A DNA stretch of 64,000 bases from contig JBOGTG010000148.1 in NCBI GenBank assembly GCA_050692175.1, positions 322-64,321 on the forward strand, written 5' to 3'. Made by a program: the position numbers and the translations under genes. The notes beneath the pieces were generated by a model. It had not been told where the DNA came from and made no database searches. It saw nothing but the letters and a program-made list of their open reading frames with translations. Positions 1 to 15,590 of the stretch are shown piece after piece. This DNA comes from Candidatus Limnocylindria bacterium (GTDB lineage Bacteria; Chloroflexota; Limnocylindria; P2-11E). The stretch's first letter is position 1; each line of letters opens with the position of its first letter.

Positions 1-198
1 GGCAAGCCGGTAGACCCCGGGGTTGGCCACCGCGCCGGCCACGTCCACGACGATCAGCGGCTCGGGGGAACGCGTGGGCGCCGGGGTGTCTTCGACGATG
101 GCGACCACCTGACCGTTGCCTGGGTGGACGCGCGCGATCGTCAGAGCGACGACCGCCACCGCAGCGATCCCGAGGAGGATGAGGACCGGTCCGCGCAC
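1..198 (-). CDS. ComEA-like protein, N-terminal fragment (continues past window start)
   Basis: The minus-strand frame opens at GTG 198..196. It reads VRGPVLILLGIAAVAVVALTIARV (one TM helix), then EPLIVVDVAGAVANPGVYRLA, the SLBB-type motif typical of ComEA N-termini. It is truncated by the window edge, so it is absent from the ORF track. Confidence 0.4.
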   Translation of the reverse strand, partial: MRGPVLILLGIAAVAVVALTIARVHPGNGQVVAIVEDTPAPTRSPEPLIVVDVAGAVANPGVYRLA

Positions 199-281
199 GA
201 CCGCAGGGTGAGCGTCACGGGACGTCGTGCATAGATGCGCAACGCACCAATGCTGTCGTCATTTCTGACGACAGCCCGTCG

Positions 282-689
282 TCAATTCGTGCGGCGGCCC
301 TGTTGCTGCTGCTGCATCTGGACGATCGCGACCGGTAGGCCGCCGATCGAGCTGCCGTCGACCTCGAGGTCGAACTTGTGCGTTCCGTAGCTGGTGAAGC
401 TCATGTTGTTCAGCTCGACGATCACATTCACGTCCTGGCCGGCAACGGCGTGGACGGAGATCTCCGGCGGGTTCGGCATCGCTTGCTGCCCGTCCGGCCG
501 TAGGAGACGGACCCGGACGGTGTGGGCCCCGACCTCGAGCCCCAGGATCGCCACGACGAACATCCGGGGATGCTGCGCCGGTAGCCCGCTCACGGAGATG
601 TTGCGGAAGATCCCCATGAGGCTGACCTTGCCGTCCTGCCCGACAAGGGCGTGGTCGCAGAGCGCCGCCAGACGGATCTCGGCCGTCAT
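282..689 (-). CDS. hypothetical 135-aa soluble protein with Gln-rich tail
   Basis: Track ORF. ATG 689..687 overlaps the leuS stop TGA 688..686 (ATGA), implying co-transcription and translational coupling with leuS. I cannot name a motif with confidence. Confidence 0.5.
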   Translation of the reverse strand: MTAEIRLAALCDHALVGQDGKVSLMGIFRNISVSGLPAQHPRMFVVAILGLEVGAHTVRVRLLRPDGQQAMPNPPEISVHAVAGQDVNVIVELNNMSFTSYGTHKFDLEVDGSSIGGLPVAIVQMQQQQQGRRTN

Positions 690-3124
690 GACCGTTGCTT
701 CGTGACGATGTTCACCAGGCGGTCAGCGACGAAGATCGTTCGCTCGATCTGTCGACCGTCGAGTGCCGCTTTCACCTTCGGACTGGCCATCGCGAGCTTC
801 TCGGCGGCCGGCTGGGCAATGCCGGCGGGCGCCGTCACACGATCGCGCACCTTGCCGTCGATCTGGACGACCAAGGTGACTTCGTTGGCCGCCGCGATCG
901 CCGGATCGAACGCCGGCCAACCCTGCCGGTGGATCGAGCCGCGACCGCCGCGGCGCTCCCAGAGCTCCTCGGTCATGTACGGCGCGAATGGCGCCAGAAG
1001 CAAGAGCAACGTCGCCACGCCTTCGTCCCGACTCGGACCGGTCGCGCGCTGGATGGCGTTCGACAGCTCCATCATCGCGGCGACCGCCGTATTGAACGAA
1101 TACGTTTGCAGGTCGTCGGTGACCTTCGCGATCGTGCGGTGAACGGCACGGTCGACATCGGGATCTCTCGGGCCGGGCGGTTGCGGCTCGGACTGAGCCA
1201 TCTCCCAGACACGTCGCAGGAACCGGTGCACCCCCTCGATCCCGGAGGCGTCCCAGTCCGCCCCATCTACCCACGGTCCCATGAACATCATGAAGAGACG
1301 GAGCGTGTCGGCGCCGTACTTCTCGACGTACGCGTCTGGCGTCTGCACGTTCCCGCGCGACTTGGACATCTTCCGCCCTTCGAACACGATCGTTCCCTGG
1401 TAGCGGAAACGCAGCGCGGGCTCGTCGAACCAGATCTCGCCAAGATCGCGCAACGCCTTCGCCATGAAGCGCATGTAAAGGAGGTGCAGGATCGCGTGCT
1501 CGACCCCGCCGGTGTACTGCTGGACCGGCAGCCACTTCTTTCCGAGCTCCTTGTTCATGAATCCCGCGTCGTACTTGGGGTCCACGTACCGGTACATGTA
1601 CCAGGAGGAATCGAGGAAGGTGTCCATCGTGTCGGTATCGCGGCGCGCCGGTCCGCCGCACTTCGGGCACGTCGTATTGACGAACGAAGCGACGTGCGTC
1701 AGCGGAGAGCCGCCGCGTCCGGTGAACTCGACGTCGCGTGGCAGGACGACGGGAAGCTGCTCGTAGGGCACCGGGACTGCGCCGCAGCGCTGGCAGTGCA
1801 CGATCGGGATCGGCGTGCCCCAGTAGCGCTGGCGCGAGATGAGCCAATCGCGCAGGCGATACGTGACGGAGGGGCCGCCGATGCCGCGCTTCTTCGCCTC
1901 GTCCGCGACCGCCTTCTTGCCTCCCTCGCTGCGCTTGCCGGTGAAGGGCCCGCTCCGGACCATGGTCCCCTCCCCCACGTACGGGGCGTCCAGGCGCTCG
2001 TGTTCCTTCGCATCCGGTGAGATCACCTCCCGGATCTCGAGGCCGTACTTCCTCGCGAACACGAAGTCGCGCTCGTCGTGGCCGGGGACAGCCATGATCG
2101 CGCCGGTCCCGTAGGTCGCGAGGACGTAGTCCGCCACCCAGATCGGGATGCGCTCGCCGGTGAAGACGTTGCGGGCGAAGGCGCCTGTGTCCACGCCGGT
2201 CTTCTCGCGCTCCGCGGAGGTCCGCTCGATCTCGGCCATGTTCCGCGCGCTCTCGACGTAGCGCTCGACCTCCGCGCGCGTGCCTGGCGCGGTGATCTTT
2301 GCGACAAGCCGGTGCTCGGGCGCAAGGACCATGAAGGTCGCGCCGTAGATCGTGTCCGGGCGTGTCGTGAAGAAGCGGATCTCGTCGCCGGCGGCGCCGT
2401 CGACCGGGAACGCGAGCTCCGCGCCCTCCGAGCGGCCGATCCAGTTCGTCTGAAGGACACGCACGCGCTCCGGCCAGTCCAAGCCCTCGAACCTCAAGAG
2501 CTCGTCTGCGTACTGCGTGATCTTGTAGAACCACTGCGTCATCTGCCGCTTCACGACGACCGTGTCGCACCGCTCGCATCGTCCATTAATGACCTGCTCG
2601 TTCGCCAGCACGGTCTCGTCGCGCGGGCACCAGTTGACCGGCGCGTCGGCACGGTAGGCGAGGCCCTTTTCGAAGAGCTTCAGGAACATCCACTGGTTCC
2701 AGCGGTAGTACTCCGGGTAGCAGGTGACGACCTCGCGGCGCCAATCGATCGCGGCGCCCATGCGATTGAACTGGTCGCGCATGTGCGCCATGTTCTTTTC
2801 GGTCCACACAGCCGGGTGGATCTTGCGGTCGATCGCCGCGTTCTCGGCGTTGATCCCGAAGGCGTCGAAGCCCATCGGGAACAGCACGTTGTGCCCGCGC
2901 ATCCGGAGGAAGCGGGCGGCAGCGTCCGGCGGCGCGAACGCGTACCAGTGACCCACGTGGATCTCGCCCGACGGGTACGGGAACATCGTCAGGAAGTAGA
3001 AGTTCGGTTTATCCGAGACGTCCGGCGTGTTGTGGAGGCCGGACGAGGCCCAGCGTTCGCGCCACTTCGCTTCGATGGCAGTAGGTGCGTAGCGTTCGAT
3101 CTTCTTCTCGACTTCGCTCGTCAT
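686..3124 (-). CDS. leuS: leucyl-tRNA synthetase
   Basis: Class I aaRS signatures are present (PYPSGEIHVGH = HIGH, KMSKSRGN = KMSKS) with an editing-domain-sized insertion. The start is set to ATG 3124..3122 (MTSEVEKKIERY), preceded by GGAAAGGAGG. The longer track ORF to 3316 reads through the tRNA gene. Confidence 0.95.
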   Translation of the reverse strand: MTSEVEKKIERYAPTAIEAKWRERWASSGLHNTPDVSDKPNFYFLTMFPYPSGEIHVGHWYAFAPPDAAARFLRMRGHNVLFPMGFDAFGINAENAAIDRKIHPAVWTEKNMAHMRDQFNRMGAAIDWRREVVTCYPEYYRWNQWMFLKLFEKGLAYRADAPVNWCPRDETVLANEQVINGRCERCDTVVVKRQMTQWFYKITQYADELLRFEGLDWPERVRVLQTNWIGRSEGAELAFPVDGAAGDEIRFFTTRPDTIYGATFMVLAPEHRLVAKITAPGTRAEVERYVESARNMAEIERTSAEREKTGVDTGAFARNVFTGERIPIWVADYVLATYGTGAIMAVPGHDERDFVFARKYGLEIREVISPDAKEHERLDAPYVGEGTMVRSGPFTGKRSEGGKKAVADEAKKRGIGGPSVTYRLRDWLISRQRYWGTPIPIVHCQRCGAVPVPYEQLPVVLPRDVEFTGRGGSPLTHVASFVNTTCPKCGGPARRDTDTMDTFLDSSWYMYRYVDPKYDAGFMNKELGKKWLPVQQYTGGVEHAILHLLYMRFMAKALRDLGEIWFDEPALRFRYQGTIVFEGRKMSKSRGNVQTPDAYVEKYGADTLRLFMMFMGPWVDGADWDASGIEGVHRFLRRVWEMAQSEPQPPGPRDPDVDRAVHRTIAKVTDDLQTYSFNTAVAAMMELSNAIQRATGPSRDEGVATLLLLLAPFAPYMTEELWERRGGRGSIHRQGWPAFDPAIAAANEVTLVVQIDGKVRDRVTAPAGIAQPAAEKLAMASPKVKAALDGRQIERTIFVADRLVNIVTKQRS

Positions 3125-3221
3125 GCCGACCTCCTTTCCGGAAATACAAAAGGCCTTTCGCCTGCGCTTGCGCGCTGGGGACGAAAGACCTCCGCGGTAC
3201 CACCCCAATTGAGAGCTCGAC

Positions 3222-3296
3222 TGGTGGAGCTGGCGGGATTCGAACCCGCGACCCCCACACTGCCAGTGTGATGCGCTCCCACTGCGCCACAGCCCC
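3222..3296 (-). tRNA. tRNA-Ala (anticodon GGC), CCA encoded
   Basis: The reverse complement is GGGGCTG TG GCGC AGTGGGA GCGC A TCACA CTGGCAG TGTGG GGGTC GCGGG TTCGAAT CCCGC CAGCTCC ACCA. It folds as a cloverleaf with a G3:U70 Ala identity pair, a GGC anticodon in a 7-nt loop, and a TTCGAAT T-loop. Confidence 0.93.
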
Positions 3297-3505
3297 GATG
3301 CTCTCCGCTCGAGCACGCTGATAACGGGCGTGACCCCGGCGAGAGCTAGCCGCCCAGCGGTTCGCTCCCGCGGCTCCCGGGTGAGTTCCGCGCTCCCGCA
3401 ACACCGGCTCGCACCTGCCGCCGGCTCTCTTGGTCGAGGGGATTCGCGTACTGGTCCCGTTCGATGCCGTTCGCTGAAAAGTATACGGACGGCGAGGTCC
3501 GAGGA

Positions 3506-4666
3506 CTAAGGCCCCTCGGGCTCGCGACGCATCGAGATCGACTGCAGGACGCCGAGGGCAAAGCAGATCGAGACGAGCGAGCTGCCGCCGTGCGAGATGA
3601 AGGGAAGCGGGATCCCGGTGACCGGCATGAGCGAGATGGCCATGCCGACGTTCACCATGATCTGGAAGAGGAGCATCGTCGCGACGCCAGCGCCGATCAG
3701 CATGCCGAACGGATCTCGCGCGTGGAAAGCGATGCGAAGAGCCCCGATGAGCAGGACGACGTACAGGACGAACAGGATCACGGCACCCGCAAATCCCAGA
3801 TCCTCGGCGAGGCCTGAGAAGACAAAGTCCGATTCCGCGATCGGCAGATAGCCGAGCGGCGACTGCGTGCCAGCCGTCAGTCCCTTCCCGGTCGCGCCAC
3901 CTGAGCCCACCGCGATGAGCGACTGGATGATGTTCCAGCCGGCCCCCTGCGGATCGGAGTAGGGATCGAGGAACGCTGAGAGCCGCGCCCGCTGATAGTC
4001 CTTGAGGAGTCCCCAGATCACCGGGAACGAACCGCCCGCGATCGCGATCAGGCCGACGAGCTGCCAGATACGCGCCCCGGCCATGAAGGCGATGCCGAAG
4101 AAGATCGCCACGAACACGAGGCTGGTGCCGAGATCCGGCTGCCGATATACGAGCAGGACCGGGGTGCCGATCAGGATCAGGCCGGCGCCGATCACGAGCG
4201 GCGAGCCGATGCGATCGCGCCGATCGGCGAAGAACTTCGCGAGGACGACGATCATGAGCACCTTCGCAACCTCGCTGAACTGGAACGACAGTCCGCCGAG
4301 ATTCACGGAGCGCTGCGCGCCAAGACTCGAAGTCCCGATCGCCATGACCACCACGAGCAGGCCGAGGGTGAAGAGGTAGAGGAGCGGCGCGAATGCGCCG
4401 AGCCACGCGTAGTCGAAGAAGGCCACGGCGGCCATCGCGGCAAAGCCGACGCCGGCCCAGACCGCGCCGCGGATGACGAACTGCATCGGGTCGCCGGTGA
4501 ACGTCCGAGTCTCGGCGGTCGTCGAATACGTCATCACGAGGCCGTACCCGATGAGGAGAAGCGTGACGATGAGCAGCATCGGATCGATCTGCGTCCAGTG
4601 CCGAGCGACCGGCCGGTCATGGAGCGGCGTCGCCGGACGCGGAAGGGCGATCGGTCGGACGCTCAC
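3506..4666 (-). CDS. rodA: SEDS-family peptidoglycan polymerase (RodA/FtsW family)
   Basis: A polytopic membrane protein with SEDS-like motifs (QPDLGT, PIAESDFVFS, GMAISLMPVTGIPLPFISHGGSS). It lies directly downstream of PBP2. The proposed GTG start 4666..4664 overlaps the mrdA stop TGA 4665..4663. The track ORF extends to 4729. Confidence 0.85.
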   Translation of the reverse strand: MSVRPIALPRPATPLHDRPVARHWTQIDPMLLIVTLLLIGYGLVMTYSTTAETRTFTGDPMQFVIRGAVWAGVGFAAMAAVAFFDYAWLGAFAPLLYLFTLGLLVVVMAIGTSSLGAQRSVNLGGLSFQFSEVAKVLMIVVLAKFFADRRDRIGSPLVIGAGLILIGTPVLLVYRQPDLGTSLVFVAIFFGIAFMAGARIWQLVGLIAIAGGSFPVIWGLLKDYQRARLSAFLDPYSDPQGAGWNIIQSLIAVGSGGATGKGLTAGTQSPLGYLPIAESDFVFSGLAEDLGFAGAVILFVLYVVLLIGALRIAFHARDPFGMLIGAGVATMLLFQIMVNVGMAISLMPVTGIPLPFISHGGSSLVSICFALGVLQSISMRREPEGP

Positions 4667-6543
4667 GGGGCACCCAACACATAGGACTCGAGCACCTGCT
4701 GTGTGATCGCGACCGCTGGGTTGAAGCACGAATCGCAGAGCGAGCGGCTGGAGTCGAAGGTGAAGACAACCATGGCGATCTCCGCGGTCGCTTCCGCGTT
4801 GTCAGCCTTGGGTAGGAACGAAACGAACCAGTTGTGGAAGCCCAGCCGGTTACGGCCCGCGCTGTCTTTGCCGGCTGCGGCGCCGAACTCCGCGGTCCCC
4901 GTCTTGCCTGCGATCGGCAGTTTCGCGTTCGGCATGTAGGCATGGCCGATCGTCACGACGCGACGGGCCGACTCGCGGATCAGACGAAGGTGTTCGGGCG
5001 AGACGTCGAGCTTGCGAATGGCCTCGGGCTGGCCCTGGGCGACGACCTTGCCGGTCGGGTCGGTGGCCTGTTTGAACAGTTGTGGCTTCCAGAGCGTGCC
5101 ACCGTTCGCGACCGCGGCGTACGCGTTCAGAAGCTGCAGCGGGGTGACCGCGACGAAGCCCTGCCCGATGGCCTCGTGGTAAGTGTTCCCGATTGACCAG
5201 GGCTCATCGAATGTGGCCTGCTTCCACTCGGGGTCCGGCATGATACCGGCGGCTTCGTTGGGGAGGTCGATTCCGGTGGGCGCGCCAAAACCGAGCATGC
5301 GGCCGTACTTCGCGATCGCCTCGGGTCCCACTCCCCGTACGCCCGGCGCGAAGGGCGTTCCTCCGGCAAGCGTGTAGAAGTAGATGTCGCTCGAGTGCGC
5401 GAACCCGTTCACAAAGTCGACGGAGCCGTGGGCGCGCCAATCGAAGAATGGCGTCCCGCTCACGCTGAACGAGCTCGCGGACACGTTGACGACGGTGTTG
5501 CGCGTCGCCGTCCCTTCGGCGAGTGCTGAGAGTCCCGTGACCATCTTGAACGTCGAGCCCGCCGGGTACTGGTCCCCCACCGCCTTGTTCACGAGTGGAC
5601 GGCGGTCGTCCCCGTTGAGAGCGGCCATCTCGGCCGTCGTGATCCCTCGGGCGAAGACGTTGTTGTCGTAGCCCGGAATTGAGACCATCGCCAGGATCTC
5701 TCCGTTCTGCGGATTCATGGCGATGCCCACCGCCTGGGTGAAGCGATCCTCCTCGACACCCTTGCGCAGTTGCGCGTCCAGGAGCTTCTGGAGTCGGTCG
5801 TCGATCGTGAGGACGACAGTGTTCCCGACCGTCGGCCGGTGGAGCGCGAGCGTCTTGATCTCGCGTTGTGCGGCGTCACGTTCAATCTCACGCCAGCCAT
5901 AGGCGCCCCGCAGGTAGTGCTCGTAGACGCTCTCGACGCCGGTCCTTCCGATGTCGTCGTCCGCGAGATAGCCCGAGTCCTTTAGCTTCTCGAGCTCCTC
6001 CTCCGTGATCGGGCCGGTGTAGCCGATCACCGGTGAATAGAGCGTCGCGTCAACGTAGAACCGCACCGCCTCCGGGTCGACCCGGACGCCCGGGAACAGT
6101 TCCGCGCGCTCGGTGACCGCCAGCGCGATCTCGCGCGGCACAGGCGTCTTTGAGATGCGCGCTGGCTCGTATGGGTTCCGCACCCGCTGCTTGCGGATGG
6201 CCTCGCTAACGGCTTCGCTCGGCATGCTCAGCAGAGCGCCGACGCGCAGAGCCAACTCCTGCTCGCGAGCGCGGGGAAGGTCCACCGGGATGACGCTGAT
6301 CGCGAAACCCGGCACATTCCGCGCGAGGACGTAACCCCGCCGGTCGACGATCCCGCCGCGCTCCGCGGCGACCGGGAGGCGAAGGATCCGGTTCTGCTCC
6401 GAGAGCTCGTGGTAGTGCGCGCCCTTCACGATCTGTAGGTCGTAGAGGCGTACGGTGAGTGTGGTAAAGATCAACATGACGACCGCGCCGAATGCGATGA
6501 AGCGGCGCGGACGGATGAAGGCGCGGGGGTCTTCTCTCACCAC
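4663..6543 (-). CDS. mrdA: penicillin-binding protein 2 (class B transpeptidase)
   Basis: 626 aa with an N-terminal TM helix, a PBP dimerisation domain and transpeptidase motifs (STFK in AGSTFKMVT, SSD-type SxN, KTGTAE). Confidence 0.9.
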   Translation of the reverse strand: MVREDPRAFIRPRRFIAFGAVVMLIFTTLTVRLYDLQIVKGAHYHELSEQNRILRLPVAAERGGIVDRRGYVLARNVPGFAISVIPVDLPRAREQELALRVGALLSMPSEAVSEAIRKQRVRNPYEPARISKTPVPREIALAVTERAELFPGVRVDPEAVRFYVDATLYSPVIGYTGPITEEELEKLKDSGYLADDDIGRTGVESVYEHYLRGAYGWREIERDAAQREIKTLALHRPTVGNTVVLTIDDRLQKLLDAQLRKGVEEDRFTQAVGIAMNPQNGEILAMVSIPGYDNNVFARGITTAEMAALNGDDRRPLVNKAVGDQYPAGSTFKMVTGLSALAEGTATRNTVVNVSASSFSVSGTPFFDWRAHGSVDFVNGFAHSSDIYFYTLAGGTPFAPGVRGVGPEAIAKYGRMLGFGAPTGIDLPNEAAGIMPDPEWKQATFDEPWSIGNTYHEAIGQGFVAVTPLQLLNAYAAVANGGTLWKPQLFKQATDPTGKVVAQGQPEAIRKLDVSPEHLRLIRESARRVVTIGHAYMPNAKLPIAGKTGTAEFGAAAGKDSAGRNRLGFHNWFVSFLPKADNAEATAEIAMVVFTFDSSRSLCDSCFNPAVAITQQVLESYVLGAP

Positions 6544-7046
6544 ACCCCTAACGCCCCTTGCTTCTCGGTGGCGCGGCGCAAGAGTCGCGCGAGGGGATAG
6601 ATCGCGAGCGCCAGCAATCCCGTGTAGACCGCGCTAGCGACCGTCGTGCCCGCCGCGAGCGGCAGCGACGAAACGGCCGCCCCTGTGACCGCGAGGATGC
6701 CGAGGTAGATCAGGCCGGCAACCAACGCGGCCAGCCCGACCAGCACCGCACCCACGACGACTGGCGCCGAACGACCGGCCCCGGGCTCGCCGAGGCCGAC
6801 GGCGGCAACTGGTGGAAGCGACGCAAGGGCAAAAGCTCCCAGTGGGCCTGCCGAGATGAGATCCGAAACGATCCCACCGAGGAACGCCCACCAGACTCCC
6901 TCGCGCGCGCCGGCGGCGACGGACCAGGACGCCGCCACCAATATCGGTAGCGAGGGGCGGGCCCCTCCAACCGCGATGAGCGGCGCCACGGTCCCCTGAA
7001 GGAGAGCCGCGGCCAACGGGATCAGCACGCCAAGCAGGAAGCGCAT
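6537..7046 (-). CDS. mreD: rod shape-determining protein MreD-like
   Basis: A small, very hydrophobic multi-TM protein immediately upstream of mrdA and overlapping it. The start is set to ATG 7046 (MRFLLGVLIPL), preceded by GAAGGGGGA. The assignment rests on position and composition. Confidence 0.55.
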   Translation of the reverse strand: MRFLLGVLIPLAAALLQGTVAPLIAVGGARPSLPILVAASWSVAAGAREGVWWAFLGGIVSDLISAGPLGAFALASLPPVAAVGLGEPGAGRSAPVVVGAVLVGLAALVAGLIYLGILAVTGAAVSSLPLAAGTTVASAVYTGLLALAIYPLARLLRRATEKQGALGVW

Positions 7047-7356
7047 AGTTCCCCCTTCGCGGGACCAGGTGGCAGTCGACACGCTTTCGTTCTGCTCGTC
7101 CGCTCAGGATTGCGCGTGCCGACCGACAGAGCTGCTGCAACGACCACCCATTTGCTGATCGGGGATTATCAGGCCACCCCAGAGTCGAATTGGGTCCGAT
7201 CGGTCGCTACCGTGATATCGAAAACGGTCGCGCCGTGCAGGGCTCAGGATGGTCGCGAGGCATCACTTCCAGGTGGTCGGCGAGGCTCGCCTCGGTTAGA
7301 ATGAGGGGCACGAACACCCCTCTTCGCGTCCCCAGTTTTACCCCGATTTCAGCCGA

Positions 7357-7372
7357 TGTTTCACGTGTGACA
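7357..7372. promoter_or_regulatory. parS-like centromere site
   Basis: TGTTTCACGTGTGACA matches the parS consensus TGTTTCACGTGAAACA at 14 of 16 positions. It lies 9 nt upstream of the parA start. Confidence 0.55.
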
Positions 7373-7380
7373 GGGTCGGC

Positions 7381-8171
7381 TTGACCATCCTTGTCGTTAG
7401 CAACCAAAAGGGGGGAGTGGGAAAGACAACGACCGCTATCAGCCTCGGCGCAGCTCTTGTTGAACATGGCGAGCGAGTGCTGATCGTCGATCTCGATCCG
7501 CAGGCAAATGCGACGAGCGGGCTCGGCATCAGCAAGGTCCCGCCGAATCCTATCTACGGCCTCATCCTGAAGGAGCAACCAATCGAAGACTCGATCGTCC
7601 CGACTGCTGTGCCCGGCCTGGACATCATCCCTTCCGGCCCAGATATGGCTGGCGCCGAAGTCGAGCTCGTGCCGTTGATGGCGCGTGAATACCGGCTCCG
7701 ACATGCGCTTCGGGCGATCCACAAATACGACACCGTGCTCGTGGACTGTCCCCCTTCGCTAGGCCTGTTGACGATTAACGCCCTTACCGCCGGAGATGCC
7801 GTGGTGATCCCGGTCCAGTGCGAGTACTACGCCCTCGAAGGTTTGGCCCAGCTCCTCTCGACGATCGATGCCGTCCGGTCGCGGCTGAACGAGCGGCTCA
7901 ACGTCCTCGCGATCGTGCTGACGATGGAGGATCGCCGCAATCGGCTGTCCCTCCAGGTGATCGATGAGGTGCGACGACACTTTCCCAATCTCGTCGCGGA
8001 CGCACGGATTCCGCGGGCGGTGCGCCTCGCCGAAGCTCCCAGCTACGGCCTACCCATCTCGGTTTACGACCGACGGTCGGCTGCCGCACAGGCGTACGAC
8101 GATCTGGCGCGTGAGCTATCGGCTCGCCTAAAGGCCCGCGCGCCGATCGCGCTCGGCGGAGCGATCGCCTG

Positions 8172-8172
<1 letters not shown>
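7381..8172 (+). CDS. parA: chromosome partitioning ATPase ParA/Soj
   Basis: Deviant Walker A motif KGGVGKTT near the N-terminus. The gene is followed by parB. Confidence 0.92.
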
Positions 8173-11223
<3,051 letters not shown>

Positions 11224-11224
<1 letters not shown>

Positions 11225-11748
11225 TGGCGAAGCTTTCCGAGCTCGGGGTCGACTTTCAGCACTGGTGCTTCGCATGCGGCCAGCTCAACCCCGGCGGGCT
11301 GCACCTCGACTTCGAGGTGTCCCGCGATCGGGCCGAGGCGCGCTACACCGCGACGCAGCGCCATCAGGGCTACGACGGCCTGCTTCACGGTGGTGTCGTC
11401 ACGGCGCTCCTCGACGAGGCAATGGGCTGGGCGATCTTCCATCAGGGCATATGGGGCGTCACCGCGAAGATCAACGTCACGTTCCGGCAGCCGGTCCCCA
11501 TCGGTGAGGACCTGCGGATCGTCGGCGAGATCGCGCGCGACCGCGGGCGCGTGATCGAGACACACGGCACCGTCGAACGCGCGGTCGACGGAACGGTTCT
11601 GGCCGAAGCCGAAGCGACCTTTCTAAGAATGCCCGAGGGCCGCCGCCGCGAGCTCGAGCAGCGCTACGCGGGCACCGACGGCGCCTTCGCGCGGGTGAAG
11701 GCCGCCGTCGAGGACGAGGAACGCGAGAGGGAGCACGGAAGAACCTGA
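11224..11748 (+). CDS. PaaI/4HBT-type hotdog-fold thioesterase
   Basis: [16 protein letters not shown], then [17 protein letters not shown], typical of hotdog thioesterases. The proposed GTG start 11224 shares one base with the gyrB stop TAG 11222..11224. The track ORF begins at 11182. Confidence 0.7.
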
Positions 11749-11761
11749 TGCGACTAACGCA

Positions 11762-14746
<2,985 letters not shown>

Positions 14747-14879
14747 GCCGCGAAACGGCGCTGACACGCACCCGCAGGGGTTGCAATCGCGGCGCATGCT
14801 TGTCCGGGGTGCGTAGCAAAGAAGCCCCAAAGGTACTTTTTTCGACCGGTTTGACGTTCTCCCCAGGGAACGTCCCGGT

Positions 14880-15590
14880 ATGGTGGCGCTCCTTGGGAGG
14901 GGCAACGAACTGATCACGCTGGACGACGTCAGCAAGCGTTATCCAAACGGCACCGACGCTCTCCGCGACGTGGATCTCGAGATCGACTCGGGAGATTTCG
15001 TCTTTCTCGTCGGATCCTCCGGCGCTGGCAAGTCCAGCCTCATCCGTCTTCTCATCCGTGAAGAGCTCCCGTCGTCCGGTCGCGTGTGGGTCGACGGCCA
15101 GGACGTCGTCCGCATGCGCCGATCGGCGGTGCCGAAACTCCGGCGGCGCGTCGGCGTCGTGTTCCAGGACTTCAAGCTCCTGCCGCGAAAGACGGTTGCC
15201 GAGAATGTGAGCTTCGCGCTCCTCGTCACAGGGCACTCCGGCGAAGAGGCGCGCGAAGAGACCGAGCGCGCGCTCGCCCTCGTTGGCCTTTCGCAGCGGC
15301 GCGGGCACTTCCCGGATCAGCTCTCGGGTGGTGAGAAACAGCGCACCGCGATCGCGCGAGCGCTGGTGAGCCGACCGAAGATCCTCATCGCCGACGAGCC
15401 GACCGGCAACCTCGACCCGGTCACGAGCTGGGAGATCATCAAGCTTCTCGTTCGAGTCAACGAGCTCGGCACGACGATGCTCATGGCCACGCACAACGCC
15501 GAGATCGTCAACGCCCTGCGTCGTCGCGTCGTTCACCTCGACCACGGCATGGTCGTCCGAGATGAGCGCGAGGGTCAATACGCGGCATGA
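14880..15590 (+). CDS. ftsE: cell-division ABC ATPase FtsE
   Basis: Walker A GSSGAGKSS, signature LSGGEKQR and Walker B ILIADEP. From LITLDDVSKRY onward it resembles the FtsE N-terminus as I recall it, so the true start may be CTG 14910, which follows SD GGGAGGGG. Confidence 0.9.
   Translation: MVALLGRGNELITLDDVSKRYPNGTDALRDVDLEIDSGDFVFLVGSSGAGKSSLIRLLIREELPSSGRVWVDGQDVVRMRRSAVPKLRRRVGVVFQDFKLLPRKTVAENVSFALLVTGHSGEEAREETERALALVGLSQRRGHFPDQLSGGEKQRTAIARALVSRPKILIADEPTGNLDPVTSWEIIKLLVRVNELGTTMLMATHNAEIVNALRRRVVHLDHGMVVRDEREGQYAA

Noticed and set aside
686-3316. 876-aa version of the LeuS ORF in the track
   Set aside because: The extra 64 N-terminal codons run straight through the tRNA-Ala gene (3222..3296). 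ATG 3124, with a strong GGAAAGGAGG SD, gives a normal LeuS N-terminus.
3297-3505. About 200-nt GC-rich spacer between rodA and tRNA-Ala as a possible SRP RNA, 6S RNA or T-box
   Set aside because: I could not find the SRP GGAAGGAAGCAGC-type motif, a T-box sequence or a convincing conserved fold. Only a possible TTAGTC-18-TATACT promoter is present, so it was left unannotated.
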